From positions 113,214,001-113,278,000 of the forward strand of contig NC_087436.1 of NCBI RefSeq assembly GCF_036321535.1: a stretch of DNA of 64,000 nt. Direction: 5' to 3'. A model generated the notes under the pieces. It saw only the letters and a list, made by a program, of their open reading frames with translations. It was not told the origin of the DNA and made no database searches. Shown piece by piece: positions 62,901 through 64,000 of this stretch. The DNA comes from Camelus dromedarius. Lineage: Eukaryota. The translations under genes were made by a program, and so were the position numbers. Each line of letters begins with the position of its first letter. Position 1 is the first letter of the stretch.

Positions 62901-63784
62901 TTCCCAGCGCGGCCTTCACCGCCATGACATCCAGCACAACCTTGTTATTTCCATATACATGTACTTCTAGGGAGCAAAGACTGTCTACATCCCTCCCCTG
63001 AGAAAGGCCTAAATGGAACAGAATCGAAAGGCCCATCAGATCATTTTATCTTCAACCTTGTTCAGAGCCTGGAACCCTGCCAGGGTGGATGCTTTGTCTT
63101 TCCTCCTCCCTCCCCAACTCCAGCTCCCCCAGGCGGCTCTAATCTCCTCTGCGTACCTCAGTCCTAGGAGACCAGCTCTCAGAATGAAAACTCTCTGTGG
63201 TCCGAGCTCCAGGGGGTGAGATAAATCAGCCCTGTGGCCGTCATCAGACTCCGAGGGCACAGTCTGCGGCTTAATTTCAACATGTTTCAACCAACAGGTG
63301 TTGATGACAGCCCTTAGCCAAGCTCGTAAATGACTCTCAAAGTCACTAACCTGACATTTAATGTCTTTCACCATGAAGCCCCATCTTATCACTTCTTTTG
63401 TTCATGGACCTCATCTCCATCCCACTGAACAACTCACTCTGCCAGGTCTTTTTTGTTTCCGTTGCTTCGTTTCCTGGTGATTCCATCTCTGCATGTTACA
63501 CATCCTCCCAGTCCAAAGACCTTATCCTCCTCCTGAAATTCAGCCCTCATGACACAATGACACAAGTGATTTGTCCTCTTAATTCCTATGTCTTTTCATA
63601 GTTCTTCTCCGCAGACACTGTTTTCAGTTTCTATTTTGCATGACACCATTTTTGTCTATATGTTGGGATCCTATTAGCCTTGAAGCTTCTCAAGGTCCCA
63701 AACTGTTTTAATTCATATTCCTATTTTCACACAAGCGTAGTGCCTCATCCACAGTAGGTACTTCTGGCTCTGCCATTATCAAGC

Positions 63785-64000
63785 TAGGCATTAATTAGGA
63801 AAACTCTAGCTGCTTTAGCAAACAAACCTAAGATGTACAATGGATCAAACAAAATAGGAAGTTACTCCTCATTATTCACAGATCAAAGCAAGAATGATTT
63901 ACCGGTAGGCGGCTCTCCTCCATACAGTGATTCAAGGGCCCAGGCTCCTTCAGTTGATGGTTTCATTATCTTCAGTTCATGGCTTCCTGGTCGCGCTGGG
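63785..64000 (-). mobile_element. MaLR (MLT1-like) LTR, runs off window end
   Basis: CTAGCTGCTTTAGCAAACAAACC...CTCCTCCATACAGTGATTCAAGGGCCCAGGCTCCTTC. Confidence 0.55.

Noticed and set aside
62880..63000. ACCGCCATG after an acceptor-like sequence
   Set aside because: Only a 25-codon frame, with no convincing donor or recognisable homology.

Overview
Repeat-rich mammalian genomic DNA, most likely camelid: the tRNA-Ala-derived SINEs resemble the Vicugna/Camelus SINE family. I recognised no host protein-coding exon, so the window is intronic or intergenic. The dominant feature is a full-length, nearly intact LINE-1 on the minus strand (19633-26725). It has a CpG-rich 5'UTR, an ORF1 broken by one homopolymer frameshift, a 405-nt inter-ORF spacer and an ORF2 broken by one nonsense codon. 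Its 12-bp target-site duplication (19332-19343 / 26726-26737) also encloses ~280 bp of foreign sequence, which indicates a 3' transduction. The spacer holds a 75-codon ORF with a strong Kozak context that overlaps the ORF2 start and sits behind a splice-acceptor-like tract. Other features are an older L1 with both ends and a ~3.6 kb internal deletion, a twin-primed 5'-inverted L1, several truncated L1s, three SINEs, ancient MIR/L2/MaLR/ERVL/DNA-transposon fossils, microsatellites and a strong CTCF-like motif. Repeat subfamily names come from recalled consensus similarity, not a database search. I found no wholly new biological system; the best leads concern the architecture and mobilisation history of the L1.
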